NCBI GenBank assembly: GCA_973895155.1
Contig: OZ316895.1
Location: 17,811,437-17,875,436 of the forward strand
Direction: 5' to 3'
Origin: Marsupella aquatica
Lineage: Eukaryota; Plantae; Marchantiophyta
Length of the DNA: 64,000 bases
Part shown: piece by piece, positions 12,514 through 23,493 of the stretch
Position numbering within the stretch: the stretch's first letter is position 1
Layout of the letters: every line of letters begins with the position of its first letter
Program-made: the position numbers and the translations under genes
Notes under the pieces: generated by a model
The model's database searches: none
The model's input: only the letters and a program-made list of their open reading frames with translations
What the model was told of the DNA's origin: nothing

Positions 12514-15471
12514 TCACTTTTTATGTCTCGGTCTCGAGTTTTCGGCCTCAGGCGGTTGTTGGGCTGGTTCATGGTTATGAGGCTCTAAAATGGAAGGAGT
12601 AGCCTCGGCTCCCTGCTTAGCTGGAGCCGTGTCCTCCGTCTCGATGAGTTGTTCGTGCGTTTCCTCATCCCCGACAGTAGATGTACTTGGGGTGGACTCA
12701 ATGGCAGCCCTCGGGTAATTTAGGAGATGTGTTTCTCGGGTTGCTTCAACTCCGAAGACATCTTCCTCGGATAGGGACGAGATGAGTTCGATCATATTGA
12801 GTTCCTCTTCCTCCGAGGTCTCTGAATCATATTCCTCGGGTCCTTGTGGGGTTTCTCCCTGATAATCGTCCATTGCCCAGGATACCCGTACGGTGGGTTC
12901 CCCGAACCGTAGCTCCTTCTTTCCCCAATCCGTGACTACGCGGCCACCGTACAACCACGGCCTGCCCAGAAGAACCGGATAAGAGGAGGGACGAACCGGC
13001 CTCATGACTAAGAAGTTGAGATAGAACCCTACCCCTCCCACCAGAGTGAGCACTCGTGTGAGCGTGCCTAATGGGAGGACCCTTGCCCCGTTTGCTAATC
13101 TGATAGCTCGGGCCGTGGGTTGATACGTGAGGTATCCTAACTTGACTGACGTTTCTTCAGTCATGATGTTGACTCCCGCTCCTCCGTCTACAAGAACCAT
13201 CTTGATGGTACAGTTATTAATTTCGATTGAGATGTCCGGCGCTCCAAGGTCCTCGCATATCATGTTGCAGTCCGCACTCCCAACTCGGGGTAGTCTCCTC
13301 CTTCGGTGACCCATGAGCAACTCCCTCAGTTGTCGTCTGTACTGTGGGTTGTTCTGCAGCAGTTGCCCCACCGTCACTGTAACCGGGCAACTCTTCACGT
13401 CCTCCTTAATATCATAGTCCTCCTTTGTTTCTTTCATTGGCTGCTGCTTGGCTTCCTCTTGTTTATCTTGCTTTTCTTGCTCCTGACGCCGGGCTGTCTC
13501 GGCTGCTTTGATGTCCTTATCGATTGCCTTCTGGTATTCCCGAGCTTCGTAAGCCTCCAGCTGTTTCTTTACCAATTCTTCGATGCGGGGAAAAAACAGC
13601 TTCGGGTCGTCCCGTCGGTAGTCATCGTCCTTTTCCGGGGGTATATTTATCGCTGGCTGCACCGGAGTAGTATCTTGCTTTTTCCTCCGTTTCTCCTCCG
13701 TCTTTTCTTCCTTCTGTTCGGCCCTTGTCGACACTCGGTAGCACTCGGCCTCATCCAATGGATTAGGGTGTTCCGCCACGTCCACCAGATTCACCCACTC
13801 GGTGTTGTCATCTTGCCATTCTACAGCAATCATTTGGACGACTGCATTGCTCGTGACTGGTCCAGCCTGGGCCGGTCTAGCCGCACTCGTTCGAGCAGCG
13901 ATTACCAACGGACAGTTGGCCGTGGAATGAGCCTCCGTTTTGCAAACTTGACATAGTGGGGTGCCTCGGCCATCTCCCTGACGTCTTGGTTCGGTGCATT
14001 CCCTCGCAAAGTGTCCTGGCTTTTCACAGTTGTAACAAACCGGGGACCGCCAAATCCCTGGCTTAGGAGGGATGCTCGGGTTACTGATAACCTGGAAACT
14101 CCGGCCATTACTTGGGTAGGGGTACGCAGTTCTACCCGCTAAATTACGCGGACCTACCGTTGAAATCTGGTACACGGAATCAGGAGGGTCCTCAAAGAAA
14201 TACTCCGTGGACTCCGATTCGGGGCCCGGGTTGTCAACATCATCCAGCTCTACTTGGTGAACTCGGTTCTTCCACCTTGGGCATTCCTGCACCATATGGC
14301 CGGATTGGAAGCACTTTGAACACCACGCATGGGCTCGAATCTCAGATGGCTTCTTCTTCTCCACCGGCTTTTCCGCAAGATGTACTGACAGTGCTTTGAG
14401 TCGATCCGTGATTTCGTTCAGCTTGTCTGCTTTGGCAGCCTTTGGATCTGGTATTGTTCTTCGCGCCCGGGGTTTAATCTTCCCCTCCTTCTTCACTCGT
14501 CTCTTCTTCTTTTTGCTCCGGCTTTCGCTCTCCAAGTCACTTCCTGATGAACTGGAGGTAGAGGATCCGATGCTTGAAGCTGAATCCGAACTGGATTCCG
14601 TCTCGGAGCTGGACGAGGTTGAACGATGTTTCTTCTTCTTCTTGCGTTTCTTCTTCCTCTCATCGTCCGATTCAGAGTCACTGTCACTGAAGGTTTCGTA
14701 CTTACCCTTCTTGCGGCGTGCTCGCTGGCTCCGCCGGGAGTTATAGGTGGACTCCCGGTAAGTTTCGGCGCACGCTATGGCCGCCTGCATTGAAATTGGA
14801 TTATTTTGGCGTACCCAGAATTGCATATTCGTGGGCAAACCATGAAGGAACCATGTAAGCTGGAGCGCGTCTCCTGGCCTGGGCCGGATCTTGGCCGCAA
14901 GTTTCTGAAACTTCTGAATGAACTTCCGCAGGGACTCTTTTTTTCCCATGCGAAGCTGGCCAATCTTTAATAGAGAACACTGTTCTGATCCAATGGCACG
15001 AAACTCCTGCAGCAATGCAGCTTGGAATTGTGCCCAGGTAGTCCCGGGTGGTAACGAGTTGTACCATGGACGAGCTTCTCCCCGCATCACTCCCGGGAGG
15101 ACGGTTAGCTTAATGGCGTCTTCCCCATTAGCTTTAGCAGTGGCTTCAAACTCATCCAACCATTCATCCGGATCATCCCCATGACGCCCTTTGAAAGGTC
15201 GATAATGAAATCGCGATCGTTGCGATATTTGTGGAGGTGCCTGAGCAGCGCGGGCCACCGGTGGAGCGGCTGCCATAGGTGGTGGTGGTGGTGGTGGTGG
15301 AACCACAGCAGGGCCGGTCGAACCGGACCCCGAAGATCCCGGGGGTATGTTCATACGTCGGGACGATTGCGAGTCCTCCGAGCCCGACGAGTCGGAGCTT
15401 GTTGTGGTTGCACTTTCTCGTTCGCTGGTCAATCTCCTCAAGTAAGCTGCTTGAGAACGAGTGACGGGCAT
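12514..15471 (-). CDS. gag: Gypsy Gag-protease (in frame with pol, separated by a single TGA)
   Basis: Capsid motif PFKGRHGDDPDEWLDEFE; three CCHC knuckles (CSKCFQSGHMVQEC, CYNCEKPGHFAREC, CQVCKTEAHSTANC); protease VLVDGGAGVN...LLGRPWL. Sequence reads RHKK*VSWDP into pol in the same frame. Confidence 0.92.
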   Translation of the reverse strand: MPVTRSQAAYLRRLTSERESATTTSSDSSGSEDSQSSRRMNIPPGSSGSGSTGPAVVPPPPPPPPMAAAPPVARAAQAPPQISQRSRFHYRPFKGRHGDDPDEWLDEFEATAKANGEDAIKLTVLPGVMRGEARPWYNSLPPGTTWAQFQAALLQEFRAIGSEQCSLLKIGQLRMGKKESLRKFIQKFQKLAAKIRPRPGDALQLTWFLHGLPTNMQFWVRQNNPISMQAAIACAETYRESTYNSRRSQRARRKKGKYETFSDSDSESDDERKKKRKKKKKHRSTSSSSETESSSDSASSIGSSTSSSSGSDLESESRSKKKKRRVKKEGKIKPRARRTIPDPKAAKADKLNEITDRLKALSVHLAEKPVEKKKPSEIRAHAWCSKCFQSGHMVQECPRWKNRVHQVELDDVDNPGPESESTEYFFEDPPDSVYQISTVGPRNLAGRTAYPYPSNGRSFQVISNPSIPPKPGIWRSPVCYNCEKPGHFARECTEPRRQGDGRGTPLCQVCKTEAHSTANCPLVIAARTSAARPAQAGPVTSNAVVQMIAVEWQDDNTEWVNLVDVAEHPNPLDEAECYRVSTRAEQKEEKTEEKRRKKQDTTPVQPAINIPPEKDDDYRRDDPKLFFPRIEELVKKQLEAYEAREYQKAIDKDIKAAETARRQEQEKQDKQEEAKQQPMKETKEDYDIKEDVKSCPVTVTVGQLLQNNPQYRRQLRELLMGHRRRRLPRVGSADCNMICEDLGAPDISIEINNCTIKMVLVDGGAGVNIMTEETSVKLGYLTYQPTARAIRLANGARVLPLGTLTRVLTLVGGVGFYLNFLVMRPVRPSSYPVLLGRPWLYGGRVVTDWGKKELRFGEPTVRVSWAMDDYQGETPQGPEEYDSETSEEEELNMIELISSLSEEDVFGVEATRETHLLNYPRAAIESTPSTSTVGDEETHEQLIETEDTAPAKQGAEATPSILEPHNHEPAQQPPEAENSRPRHKK

Positions 15472-15564
15472 TTACTCATATAAATGCAATGGTTGGTACT
15501 ACGTCCTGATGTATCCTGCCTAGGTGAATACGCACATGTCTCCCCTCTACGATATGTAGAGTGC

Positions 15565-15582
15565 CCCCTCCATCTAGCGCCA
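15565..15582 (-). other. Primer-binding site (tRNA-Asn-like)
   Basis: TGGCGCTAGATGGAGGGG on the - strand, 12 nt inside the 5' LTR; one mismatch to the plant tRNA-Asn 3' end as recalled (CCCCTCCTTCTAGCGCCA). Confidence 0.75.
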
Positions 15583-16488
15583 AAACAAAGGCTATGTCAC
15601 GTCGTAGGCTTCGGCCTTAACTCAGACTTCAGCTTAGACGGGCACATCCCTCGTAAATTTGAGGGTTCGGGCAGGAAGGGAAGCACGTAATGCACCTTAT
15701 TCTCGTAAACTAGCGCTAAGTGCGCATACTGCTAAATACGGACACCTCCTAGGTATGGTTTGTGTTCCGCCGCCGGAACGTACCTTAGTCGATAGCAGGA
15801 TCGACCCCGGAAGGGCTTCTAAGCCTTCGTGCTGTCCGCCTTCGATCCGGATTCGATGATACAGGTCCTCAACCCGTGCTCGCAACCACTTACCCGCAGG
15901 CTGCACCCTGTGCACGTCTTGGGTAGTGCGTTCGGCCTGGCGCTGCCACCCATATACGAGAAACCCACACACATATGCGCACACATGCATACAATCTCGA
16001 TTTACACGAAGGAAAATGATGGGAAAGGATTTTACTACAAAGGGAACATATGCGTACACTTAGTTGACACGACAGCCCTGGAATGCACAGGTTCAAGGCC
16101 GAGGGTGCACACTACAACGGAGCCCGGCTCCGCACTCGCCCGACGAGCTTAGTCCTACCCCCTCCCCTTGGTACTCTGTCATTCCCAGAGGTCGGGACTC
16201 CCCGCATGTCCCGCGGATGTCCGACTCTGAAACTAAAAACCCCCCCTGCCTCTACCGAGGGGTGCACTAAATACTAAGAGCCGAGGGACGGGGTGTCCTC
16301 TCGCCGAAGATTCGCTGACTAAGGTCCTAACTAAGCTGACAGTCAGGCCGGAAAACGGCTGTGTCTTATTAGAAGATCCTAATCTACGCAGGCTGGACAG
16401 CAGGGCAGCGCTGCTGTACCTAAGGCAGGTGCTTGTCCCAAGAGCCTGACTAAGCCAATCCTAATCCTAATCTATTCCTACTCCGCCG

Positions 16489-17289
16489 CTAATGCCTGGC
16501 ACGCTTGCCAGAGCCGCCCGAATGGGAACGGCCATCCCGCTGCCTTCGAAGCCTGTCATTGTCCGCTTTGAGGAGCTGGAGCTGGACCTGGTCCAGCAGA
16601 GATTTGTTCTCTCGCCTTGCCGCGTCCGTCTCCTCTGCTGCCTCCTGACATGCCTCCTCCAGCTGTTGGGCGTCGCTCGTCAGTTTACCCGCCAGCTGGT
16701 CCTGCTTCTCGGCCTCGGTTTGGAGCCGCGCCATCTCGGCCTGCAGCGTGGCTATCTCCGTCGCGTCCCGCTGGGCTCGCTCCTCGGCCTCCTCCAGGTC
16801 TTTCTGCCAGGTGACAGCTTGTTTCTTCAAACTGTCAATCTGGTTCCGGAGTCGTGTAATCTCGGCCTCGTTCCCAGCTTTGGCCTGTTCGGCTAGGGCG
16901 GTAAGAGCGTACGCCTTTGCTAACAACTCATCGGCGGCTGCAACCTTGGGTCGTAGTTGCAGAAGCTCAGCCTCTTGAGCCGCCACTTCATTCTTTAGGT
17001 ACACGGACTCCACCCGGTATCGCTCTATCCTTTGAAGGGCCTCCGACTGGGCCCGACCTGCCTTTACGGCGGCAACCAACTCCTGATTGAAGAAACAGGC
17101 TACCTTCCGGGCCATGAACTCCCCGGTATCCCGGGAAATTTGATGAGAGAAATCTCCCAGAAGCCCGTTCAGAAACGTACCCTGTACGAAGAGTTTCGGG
17201 TGGTCCAAGTTGTGCCTGTCCGGATTTGGGCACGGGCAGACATCAACACGCGCAGGGGCCGGGGCAGTGACGTCCAGCCCTGGGGACAT
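16489..17289 (-). CDS. LTR-encoded coiled-coil protein (C-terminal part of the LTR ORF, in frame after a TAG)
   Basis: 266-aa ORF with heptad-like A/E/Q/L-rich segments and a terminal basic KRARH; same frame as 17317-19143. Confidence 0.65.
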   Translation of the reverse strand: MSPGLDVTAPAPARVDVCPCPNPDRHNLDHPKLFVQGTFLNGLLGDFSHQISRDTGEFMARKVACFFNQELVAAVKAGRAQSEALQRIERYRVESVYLKNEVAAQEAELLQLRPKVAAADELLAKAYALTALAEQAKAGNEAEITRLRNQIDSLKKQAVTWQKDLEEAEERAQRDATEIATLQAEMARLQTEAEKQDQLAGKLTSDAQQLEEACQEAAEETDAARRENKSLLDQVQLQLLKADNDRLRRQRDGRSHSGGSGKRARH

Positions 17290-17316
17290 AACGTTGGAAG
17301 GGGCTGGAGTGTCCTC

Positions 17317-19143
17317 CTACAGCGATGTCCGGTTCTCCGGAATTGCCACCGGCGGGTCCTTGGGAGACCCGGGTTCGGGTAAGACCTCTGCCGTACCAAC
17401 TTCTGTACTTAGCCCGGCTAGTTGGGTCGCATCAACGGTTGCGACGACCGACCCCTCCGGCGCCTCCTCGATTACGATTACAGCTATTTGTGGAGGTGGG
17501 GTGGGTGAAGCTGGCGTGTCCACTGGACTTCGGGCCTCGGGTTGGGGCCGTCTCTCCAATGCCGGAAAAACCCACCTAGCTGGGACCAGCTTTGTAACGT
17601 TGATGCGGGGAAGGGTTCGTCGATCAAACCGGGCGTACCACTCAAGAATGATTTCGATGTGGCTAGCGAAATACGCCTTCCCGCCAATGTACAGCGTCTT
17701 CCTTCGCCGCTCCATCTCTTCATGGAATTTCTTAGCGAAGTACGACGCCCATTTCCTAGGTCGATAGTTCTCGACCTGGATAACCTGGGCGGCGGAGATC
17801 TCCCCCCGGGGTTCCATCATGTGGAGAGCGTATCTCTGGAACTCCAGCCGCTCAGCTATCTCGGGCATGAGGCAGGTCCTCATCACGAACCCGTTGTCTA
17901 CTGATCCCTCTGAGGGAAAACTTGAAGATTGGTACTTGGCCCCCTTGCCCCCGGGAGCCCGTGATTCGACTCGATGGTCACCTTCGGGTAACCCAAAGAT
18001 CATCTTGAGCCGTTCTTCTGTGAGGGACATATTCCTTCCCCGCAGCCGAGTCTGTTGACGTACGTCGTCATAATTCTTGACGAATTCTGTCATGTCCTCC
18101 CCGTAGTACCTGCAAGTGTTCCAGGGGAGAGAGGTGAGGTGCTCAAATCCCTGAGTCTTCAGGTACACCGCATGCTTGGGATGGAGGATGTTGCTATGAA
18201 TGTTTTCCCCCATGCGATGCATCGTCACCTTGGCTACGGCTACCGTGGCCAACGGTAACCCAGATGCAGTGGCGGATTCCTTCCTCTTCTTTCCCCGTGA
18301 CTGACTCGGGGAAGGTGATACTTCCCCATCCTCCCGATCGGGCCTGGGGAGTGCCACTGTGGTTGGTAACGGGCCCGGGGTGGCCACGGTCACTATGTTG
18401 TCTGCTGGGGCCGCTCCTGGGGTCAGAGCAGGGGGTGGGGACGATATAGTGTCGGCCCCCCGAGCGCTTGTTCCTCTGGGCCGCCTGGTCAAGGGTGGGG
18501 TAGCCTCGTCGTCATCGCTAAGATCCACAGCGTTGATGACGGAGCGTACCTGTGCTGGCTGGGTGATAGGTGGTGGGGTTTGGCTAGGCTGCGGCTGAGG
18601 CTGAAGCTGAAGCTGAGGTTGAGGTTGGGGTTGCATGGGCACAGGTACGGGTACGGGTCCGGCTGAGTTGGTCATGTTGGTTGATGGTCGAGTTCCCATG
18701 AAGCTCTGTAGGTGCTGGTAGAAGTTCTCCGAAGCGAGTGCGGACGCTCCTGTCGAACGGTTGGTACTGGACTCGCCGTTAATGACAGCCCGAACCTGGG
18801 CAGGGATGTGGTCGAAGTGATGTCGCTGCAGGTCGATTGTACCCGGGATTTTGAAGACCTCGTCCGGAAGCCGAAGCAATGCTTCCCAGAAGCCGATATA
18901 TTTGTCTCCGTTGAAGAAGTACCCAGATACCTCAGCTGGTCGGTAAAGCTCGCTCTGAGACGGGTAGTCAAAGTTAAGGACGTAGTGGTGTCGTCCTGCT
19001 AGGCGGATGGCTCTCTCGTATTCGCGTTCGATCTCGTATCGGCGCGGGTTGGCATGTTTCAATGAATCGGCCAAGTGCCTTCCGGTAGATAGGAACTGCG
19101 TCCAGAATCGAATGGCCGAGCTGGAGAGGATCGTGTGCGACAT
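17317..19143 (-). CDS. LTR-encoded accessory protein with Athila-ORF2/plant-transposon-protein-like domain
   Basis: 608-aa ORF inside the LTR. The segment QGFEHL...EFVKNYD...RLRGRNMSLTEERLKMIFGLP resembles the EFY(a)N...VRG...I...lglP signature of Athila/Tat accessory ORFs. PQ-rich linker and NLS-like KKRK. Confidence 0.7.
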   Translation of the reverse strand: MSHTILSSSAIRFWTQFLSTGRHLADSLKHANPRRYEIEREYERAIRLAGRHHYVLNFDYPSQSELYRPAEVSGYFFNGDKYIGFWEALLRLPDEVFKIPGTIDLQRHHFDHIPAQVRAVINGESSTNRSTGASALASENFYQHLQSFMGTRPSTNMTNSAGPVPVPVPMQPQPQPQLQLQPQPQPSQTPPPITQPAQVRSVINAVDLSDDDEATPPLTRRPRGTSARGADTISSPPPALTPGAAPADNIVTVATPGPLPTTVALPRPDREDGEVSPSPSQSRGKKRKESATASGLPLATVAVAKVTMHRMGENIHSNILHPKHAVYLKTQGFEHLTSLPWNTCRYYGEDMTEFVKNYDDVRQQTRLRGRNMSLTEERLKMIFGLPEGDHRVESRAPGGKGAKYQSSSFPSEGSVDNGFVMRTCLMPEIAERLEFQRYALHMMEPRGEISAAQVIQVENYRPRKWASYFAKKFHEEMERRRKTLYIGGKAYFASHIEIILEWYARFDRRTLPRINVTKLVPARWVFPALERRPQPEARSPVDTPASPTPPPQIAVIVIEEAPEGSVVATVDATQLAGLSTEVGTAEVLPEPGSPKDPPVAIPENRTSL

Positions 19144-19243
19144 TCAGAGGAGATAGTAGTGGCGACCTAGAGAGAACGAGAGAGCTGGGGTCGAAGCTGG
19201 CGCGCGGACTGATGGACTCGTGCACTACAAAGGGTTGGCTCCC

Positions 19244-19251
19244 CTTTTATA
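19244..19251 (-). promoter_or_regulatory. Candidate TATA box of the gypsy LTR
   Basis: TATAAAAG on the - strand about 100 nt upstream of the LTR ORF ATG, followed by a pyrimidine-rich leader; conserved in the other LTR (~9146-9153). Confidence 0.55.
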
Positions 19252-20731
19252 CTTTGAGGGCTTGTCGATCCCCGACGTCTCCTCGACGCCCATAGGTTGA
19301 ACCGCTCACGCTTGTGGTGTACCGGCCACTCCGCCAGTCTGAGTCAGCGTGCGTCAGTGGCCGCTTCCTTAAGTTCGTTATACGGACCCGAGGGAGGGGC
19401 CCCTCCACGCTCGTAATCCGGGTGTGCGAATAGCGACCCGCCGCCAGCCCGAACCTAAAGTCCCCCTTATTGCATAATGATGTCCTACCCCTAATGATTA
19501 CCTAAATATTGTCGTTATGCTAATAATAGCGGCGTCACACTTATCACATAATTTTGTTTTTGCGTGTTTCATCAAGCATATAACTCACATGGTGGTTTAT
19601 CCCAGCTTCAGTCTCCAAGCAAACTATTTAAAATTAGATTCATCAATCGTTGGTAATTTTACGGTATTTGAGTGAATTCAAATTGCAGTACGGTACATGA
19701 GGGGCCTCGGACTGTACAGAAATTACCCTTAAAGATGTGATTTCTCAAAATGGGTAGCGGTGCGGTGGGCCGATCACTTTAGCGCGTCCCTTCGCGATTC
19801 CTTTCGACTTTGATTATGGCGGTCTTGCGTGCCGTCTGCTGGTCTTCAAGAGCCTCTCTGCGACTCTGCCTCTGCCTTTTGCAGTTCTGCCCCGTCGTCC
19901 TGCCGCCGGGACTGGTTCGATTACGAAGGCGGAGATGCAGTCGGCTCGAAACTTCCTCATGACTGCGTTGTGTTGTGATGATTGTGATGAAGCGGCGTCT
20001 GTTTTGTGTGACTTTCCTTCCGGTGCCGTTCTGGACAACTTGTAGAGCCGTCGCCCGGCCTTCGAGTCGCCGCGATTAATGAGCAGTCTATGGTACAATA
20101 ACCTTATATTTGTCACTCACCCGCTCACTCCACATCTGCCCAGTCGCTCTGTGTCTAGCTGGTGCGTCATTGCGTGGGTACTGGCTGCGGGCTGCCCTTG
20201 TCGCACTAGTGTGGGTGAGCGAGTCCATTGCACTTCCTCTATGGGCTACTAGTCATGCTGGTGCTCTTTGCAGTTTTCATCTTTGCAGTTTTCAATTCAT
20301 TTGCTGGAATTCAGCTGCCTTTCTTCCCCCTTGTTCCCCAAGATAGTTGGGATTTTAAACGTGGATGAATTGAATTGATTCGTATGCGGGTCAGAGGTTG
20401 AGGAGCCGTGGACAATCGAACTGTTATTCGGATCACTCGTTCATACTCTGGTTTAAAATTAGTGTCTCCCGCTTTGGATGATTAGGATATTGGACGCAAT
20501 GGGGAACCTGGCTGTGTGTTGCAACAATTCTCAGTGGTCTTGAAATTTTGCTCAATTTGGAATTCCGGCCTCGCTGTTTACCCTTTCATAGGAATATGGG
20601 GGTTGGAGTATATGGTTAAAGAAACTATTGGGGGGCACTCAAGAGTCCATCTCTGATCGTTTACTCAGTACCATGCTCGGTAGCAAAATCTCTTTCTAAG
20701 TAGAGCAAGAAAGTAGAAATTTCGATTCGGG

Positions 20732-23493
20732 ATGGCATGGATGTCGCAAGCGATTATCTCACAGCCCTGCTCCAACTGCGTCAGTTGCTCCACTGGCAGC
20801 TTCTGGGAATCCAGAGTGATTTCCATTAGGCACTCATTCAAGACTCCGTCCTCAACGTTCTCGAGTGCAACACTCCAATCTTCCTCCCAACTTTTTACTT
20901 CTGCAGCCTCCTCGTCATCAAAATGGGAGCAGTTTGGTGTGATCGACAATCGTCTGCAATGTAGTCGAGGTTTCGAAGCTAACTCTCCTCCAGCCTCCAG
21001 CGACTCGCCTTTTACTGAAAAATATTCACCGAGGAAGAGTCAAGGTAGAGGTTTGTTTCTACCTGAGAGAGATACATTGGAGAATACCGCGAAGAGCAAT
21101 CTTGCCAGCCCTCTTCAGGTGTACACAGTCGGTAACGGGAATGCGCCTCACTTCAGGAATTGCTCGACAGGAGGAGGTGCATATCAGGGCGATTTGGCTG
21201 ATCCGAGTGGAAGTTCCCAGCTGCCTGAGTTGAGAGAAGTTCTGACAATGCTGAGACAGAGATGGGAGCAAGAGGCAATGAGTGGGAAAAGGAGGAGGGG
21301 CCCTGGTAACGTTTATCTCGTTGGCACTGGACCGGGAGACCCTGAGCTCCTGACCATTAAGGCTTTGAGACTTATGCAGAGCGCTGATTTGGTTCTTTAT
21401 GATCGCCTCGTTTCAACGGATATATTAGATTTGGTTCACACTGGTGCTCGGCTGCTCTACGTTGGAAAGACCTCTGGATTTCACAGTCGCACTCAGGTAA
21501 TTGTTCTCTGCCTTGCTCGAGAATATCTGACCTAGACATCATATCAGTTTATGGAGATCGTGTGGGTAAGTACGAATTTTCTCGCGCTTGTAATTTTGAG
21601 GTGTTTATGGCCTGGTACGGTGGATTTATTCAATGATGGTGTTTTGCTGGTTTTTTTCATCGATTTCGTATGTTCCCAACGAAGTTTGAAAGTCTCAAGG
21701 ATTTCATAGCCTTATTGCTCTTTAAAATAAACTTAGGGCCAAGGGATTATCCTTTCTAATCCGAAGTCTTGTTTTTAGACCTGTTATCATTGGGTTTGAT
21801 TACCTTTTCTTCTTGAACATATATTCCCACGGATTTTTTCGTTGCCGATCCGGGGGAATGATTATGTGACTGAATCGGTGAGATGTTTTCATTATACACG
21901 CAGGAGGAGATCCATGAATTGCTTCTTAACTTTGCAGAAGCAGGGGCCACAGTTGTGAGGCTCAAAGGTGGCGATCCTCTGGTTAGAGAACAATCCGTCT
22001 GATAATTTTTGGTTTCACAGCATTTTATGTTCCTTAAGATTTAGGGTGTGGTCCTCTCGACAAGTGACCGACAGAGGTGCCTCTGCGCAACTTTGGCCCC
22101 TAGCATAGCTTCCATAAAGATATGGAGTATAATCTTTAAATTGGTGGACAGAACTTTGTGAATAATCCAATTTCAATTATTACAGAATGGATCACTGAGG
22201 ATAATTTTCTCGTGATTCCTCACGTGCTGTGGAGCGTAAAGGGGGGACAGAGATTGAGTTTGAAGCTCAATAAAATTTGCTTTTCTCATTGACAGGTATT
22301 TGGTCGAGGTGGTGAAGAAATGGATTTCCTCCAAGACCAGGGTATTCAAGTGAAGGTCGTCCCTGGTAGCAGCCTGTCCACCCGATTTCTCCTTTCATGT
22401 TTGTTCGTTATTTCCAATGTACATTCAAACGAGCACTTCGCGCTTTCGTGTTAAAAAGAGGGCGAGTTTGCAGTCATCGAAGGTTCTACTGAGAGTTACA
22501 AATCTGCAGGAATTACCGCTGCATCGGGCATTGCTGCAGAGCTTGGGATACCTTTGACTTATAGAGGAGCTGCCAACAGGTTTGTTTTTTAATGATACTT
22601 ATTATTACTTTTGCTTAATGCACGCGTTCAAGTTGTTGAAATTAAGCATTAGCATGTGTCAGTAGTAAGTTTGTGACAGACTGCTGGTAGCCTCCTGGGG
22701 TTGACCGAAAGCACGGTGCTCTGTCTCATTTCGAGTCAGCTTATATATCTTAAAGCTTTTGTTGGACCCCTCTGGATGTTCACGTGTGATGCAGTGTAAG
22801 ATTTCTTACTGGACATTCGCGAAAGGGAGGCGATGATCCCCTGTATGTTGCTGAGCAAGCAGCAGATCCTGATTCTACCCTGGTGATCTATATGGGCTTA
22901 GCTACACTGCCAGGGCTGGCTGCGAAGTTGATGGCTCACGGCTTATCGCCAGACACACCAGCCGCTGCTGTCGAACGGGGTACCACTCCTCAACAACGTC
23001 TGGTAATCTTACATTCCCTCCAATGTAATGAATCTCAGCAGGTCTTTCACGTATTTGTTGAAGGTTTCTGATGATTTGTGTGATAGTCTTGGTTCGAGGG
23101 TAGGATTACGAAGCAAAAGGTTGCGACCGTTCCTACCTGCCATCTTGTGGTCACATTGTCCTTGTCGATCATTGCATTGCTGTTTATGATCTGTAATCAC
23201 AGTGATTAGCATTCTTGTTGCAGGTGTTTGCCTCGCTTGCAAGCTTGCCTGAAGAGGTGAACATCGCCGGACTTGTTTCACCTACTCTTATATTCATTGG
23301 GAGGGTAGTTTCTCTCTCTCCATTGTGGCCTTCTGATTTGGTCTCAATTGGATCTGTTGCCATGCAAAAGTATCCTCTTCGGGAGATTGGGTCTGCATCT
23401 CCCTCCGTTCTAGCAGGGAGCGGTGCTAATATTAAAGAGCCACGGAACCGTCAGCAAAGGGGTCCAGATCCAGCCCTACCTAGTCAGCACTGA
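20732..23493 (+). CDS. UPM1: Plastid S-adenosyl-L-methionine-dependent uroporphyrinogen III methyltransferase (siroheme pathway), 6 exons: 20732-21496, 21904-21981, 22296-22365, 22510-22579, 22795-23002, 23224-23493
   Basis: Motifs [72 protein letters not shown]; GT-AG introns keep the frame; Ser-rich N-terminal transit peptide. Confidence 0.93.

Larger units (their letters stand above)
1..19539 (-). mobile_element. Ty3/gypsy LTR retrotransposon, non-chromovirus (Athila/Phygy/Selgy-like); runs off the left edge of the window
   Basis: Two near-identical long repeats (window position 1 = 17074) flank a gag-PR-RT-RH-INT region. PBS lies next to the right LTR and a purine tract next to the left LTR. 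No chromodomain follows the integrase and no extra archaeal-type RNase H was seen. Confidence 0.93.
15595..19539 (-). repeat. 5' LTR of the gypsy element (~3.95 kb)
   Basis: TGTCAC at 15595 next to the PBS; GTCACA at 19539, where similarity to the left copy ends. Confidence 0.88.

Noticed and set aside
12514-12516. Programmed gag-pol readthrough stop
   Set aside because: It lies after the protease, is one transition from CGA, and pol has other lesions (RNase H D>N, frameshift), so mutation is the simpler explanation.
19814-20346. Short ORFs upstream of UPM1
   Set aside because: No recognisable domain; more likely promoter/5' UTR of UPM1.
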